Positions 61,198 to 64,000 of a stretch of 64,000 bases of DNA are shown piece after piece (positions within the stretch are counted from its first letter, which is position 1; every line of letters starts with the position of its first letter). Below the pieces are notes generated by a model. The model was not told where the DNA came from. It saw only the letters and a list, made by a program, of their open reading frames with translations, and searched no databases. The stretch is from Lophium mytilinum (Eukaryota), in contig MU004196.1 of the NCBI GenBank assembly GCA_010093605.1, positions 456,606 to 520,605 of the forward strand, in the 5' to 3' direction. A program made the position numbers and the translations under genes.

Positions 61198-61932
61198 GCG
61201 CACGCTGAAGGAAATCTTTGAGTCGGAGGAAACGATGAGCGAGGAGTCGAAACATTATATAAACGACAAGTAGATCCCTCGGGCGGACTGGCATTCTAGC
61301 AATGCTAATGCCGCATCGACTCGCATCGAGTCAATACGCGAACTAGCTGCAGAGTAGGGAGGGCAGGGGGTCGGACTTGTATGTAGAAATTCGGGGTCGG
61401 ATGTCTAGCAAAAGGGGCGAGGGGCTCGGATGTTTAGCATGCACAAACTAATGCAAGGGCCTAGCGCCAGACTTGCCGCCGGCACGGGCCGACGTTTTCT
61501 CTGCACTACCTACACACCATCGCTCTTATACCAACGTCGTGGGTATCATCAACACTCACCACTAAGCTATTAATTTCAACAAACTCGAACTACTCACAAA
61601 CTCCAAGTTCTACCTGCATCGAAATGCCTCACTTGCCGCTGATAATGCCTGCGAATCTGCAGATCCTTCCCCTCCGCTATTGGCTCCTGCATGCCAAGGG
61701 CGGTTACAGCCATCCCCCAGGCAGCGGGATACCTGTGCCGCATGCTGTGCCTGATATGTCTCATAACTTGTGTTTTGGGTATTTCAGGCGCTTGCTTGGG
61801 GCCTGCCCACCACGCATTTTACACAACGGCTGAATCCTCATCTGACAGTCTGGACGGGCGAACGGAATCAACTATCGCCAAGCCTCTATTCCAGGGCGTC
61901 GCTCATATCATGTCTTATTTGAATCACCGATT

Positions 61933-63937
61933 ATGATGGCCAAAGACTACCGCCATACTCCGCTAACCGTCGAGCGAAACATCCGGATTCTGCAACTCCA
62001 ACCCGCATCTCAAGGCAGCCAACTCCAGGGCAGACTCATAGAAGTCAGTCTCGACGACACGCCGTACCGCGCCCTATCCTACGTTTGGGGACCTCAGAAC
62101 CCAGCATGCTACATTCTCTGTAGTGGGAAGCGTCTCCAAGTCACCTCTAACTGCGAACAAGCTCTTCTACGGCTTCGACATCGGAAAAAGCCACAGCTTT
62201 GGTGGATCGATGCTATTTGCATCGATCAAACGCCAGAGGGCCTGGAAGAGCGAAGTAGTCAAGTGAGCATGATGGGCGAGATTTATAGCAAGGCTCACGA
62301 GACTGTGGCATGGTTGGGCGAAGGAGATGATCTGACGAAGAAGCATATGCGGCTCATCATTCTCATCGGTGGACTGGCTAGGCTGGCTAAGTGCATGCCA
62401 TTTGCCCCTAAAACTCATACTGTCAAACAACTCGTAAAGAGAATTCTTCGCTACTTTGATGGTTCGTCCATGATTCATATTCTCAGTACGTTTGTCTATT
62501 TTTGAACATGAAGGCTTACATTTAGAAGAACGCTCTGAATGCCATGGCTTGAAATCTCATGCCTACGGCTTACGGGATCTTATTGGATCCGAGTACTTTC
62601 AGCGTGCGTGGACTATGCAAGAAGTGGCACTATCGAAACACTGCTACGTCTACTGTCATAAATCGAAAGTGCGTTGGACAGTTTTCAGCTGCGCTGCAGA
62701 CAATATATCGACAACCTATTTATCGGCTAATACACCCGATGCTCCCTACGTTCATGGGATCTTAAACCACTTGTCACTCTGGGAGGTCGTAAATCGACCG
62801 AAACATGGCCAACGCCTCCCTTTGTCGGCTGAATTCCTCGGTCTAAACGCCCTCTTACTTTTCATCATGTCTCAGAAGGCGACGAATGCCAAAGACAAGA
62901 TCTTTTCTATTCACGGAGTCTGCGAGAAACTAGGTATATCCCTTCCCGCACCAGATTACACAAAGCCTGAGTGTCAAGTTTACGCGGAAGCTACATTCAG
63001 CGCTATAGCACACACCAAATCACTCGAAATATTCAAAAGCGTCAACAGTGACCTACGGCCGCCCGAATTACCATCATGGGCTCCAGATTGGAGCGTCTCT
63101 AATAGGCAAATACTACAAGTCGCTTCGAGGACTTATAATCCCTTCTCGGCCTCTAAACGCTCGGAAGCTTATCCGTCGCCATCGGTAGACTGGAGAAAGA
63201 TGATTTTGCGTGGAAAAAGAGTAGGTAATATTCAATGCCGCGAAATTGCAATCTCGAAACGCACCTCATCAGTCGATACGACAGAGTCCACCTCAGGAGT
63301 GTCCAAACTAGCTGCAGACATGCGAGACATCAAAACTTTACAACGATGGATCCGATTCGCCAATCCCCAGAGTACATTCGTAACTGCTGATGCGGACATT
63401 CTTGACAGCCCTCTTTTTCATATATTAAATGCGGTATTACCAACGGTACCAGGACATTTAGCATCAGCTTCGGAGAAACGCCTCTGGTATAACCTCATGT
63501 TACCGCGGCCTTCTGCTGAGAATCAAGGATCGGAAGATCCAGCCGAAGTCAGCAGTTTTGGTTCCGAAGACACAGCGTCACATTTGCAAGCGAATTCATG
63601 TGTGCCCTCCTTGCTCGATCTGGTGAAAGATCCATCCTTTGATGTGTTGGAAGAACTGGCTTCTCTAGATCCGCCTTGTAGATACCATTGGACGATCTTG
63701 TCCTATGTGGCGTCTTTGGTTTTGTTCAGGACTTCAACGAACTTACTCGGCATTGCTTGTCACACAGTCGAGCCTGGCGACGCAGTCGTCTTACTACAGG
63801 GCGGAGCAATGGCCTACATCCTGCGTGGAGATGGAGATTGCTATCGCTTGATCGGACAGGCCTTCATTCACGGTCTCATGAACGGCGAAGAATGGCCTGA
63901 TCGTAACGAGGAGCTTGAAGAGTTAATGTTAATTTGA
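61933..63937 (+). CDS. HET-6-like HET domain protein
   Basis: IRILQL, YRALSYVWG, WIDAICIDQ, ERSSQVSMMGEIYSKA, YFQRAWTMQEVAL, KDKIFS, LPSWAPDWS, YRLIGQAFIHGLMNGE; intron ~62462-62525. Confidence 0.92.
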
Positions 63938-64000
63938 ACGACCTCGCATTCCATCGGCATATGTCAAATAGATACACATGGAGACCGGTCCGTTTGTATC

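Overview
Filamentous ascomycete (Pezizomycotina, probably Dothideomycete-like) genomic DNA with spliceosomal introns. From left to right: the 5' part of an A-T-C-A NRPS whose first A domain lacks the amino-binding Asp, with a divergent MCT-type MFS transporter; two F-box genes that each carry an in-frame TAA; a 1507-aa intronless membrane/coiled-coil/PAM2/CCCH protein; a putative sulfur-scavenging cluster (ACS-family MFS, FMO, TauD, truncated second FMO); a GNAT acetyltransferase; MYND, J-like and HET genes; a secreted (xxPWQ)n repeat peptide; an Avt2-like transporter; an SC15-like protein; tandem atypical kinases; a sugar porter; a GT90; Rtt106; a TM-ankyrin gene; an ICL/PEPM pseudogene; and a HET-6-like gene. 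The most unusual signal is an unannotated non-coding repeat family with two conserved boxes (CTACCTTTTGAC and CCTTACAGTGG) held 28 nt apart. It occurs as an 8-unit array (12.95-14.18 kb), as two more units on the other side of the F-box/ankyrin gene (10.17-10.51 kb), and as a solitary inverted copy (28.5-28.6 kb) next to the breakpoint of the truncated FMO. All alignments and splice calls were made by eye.
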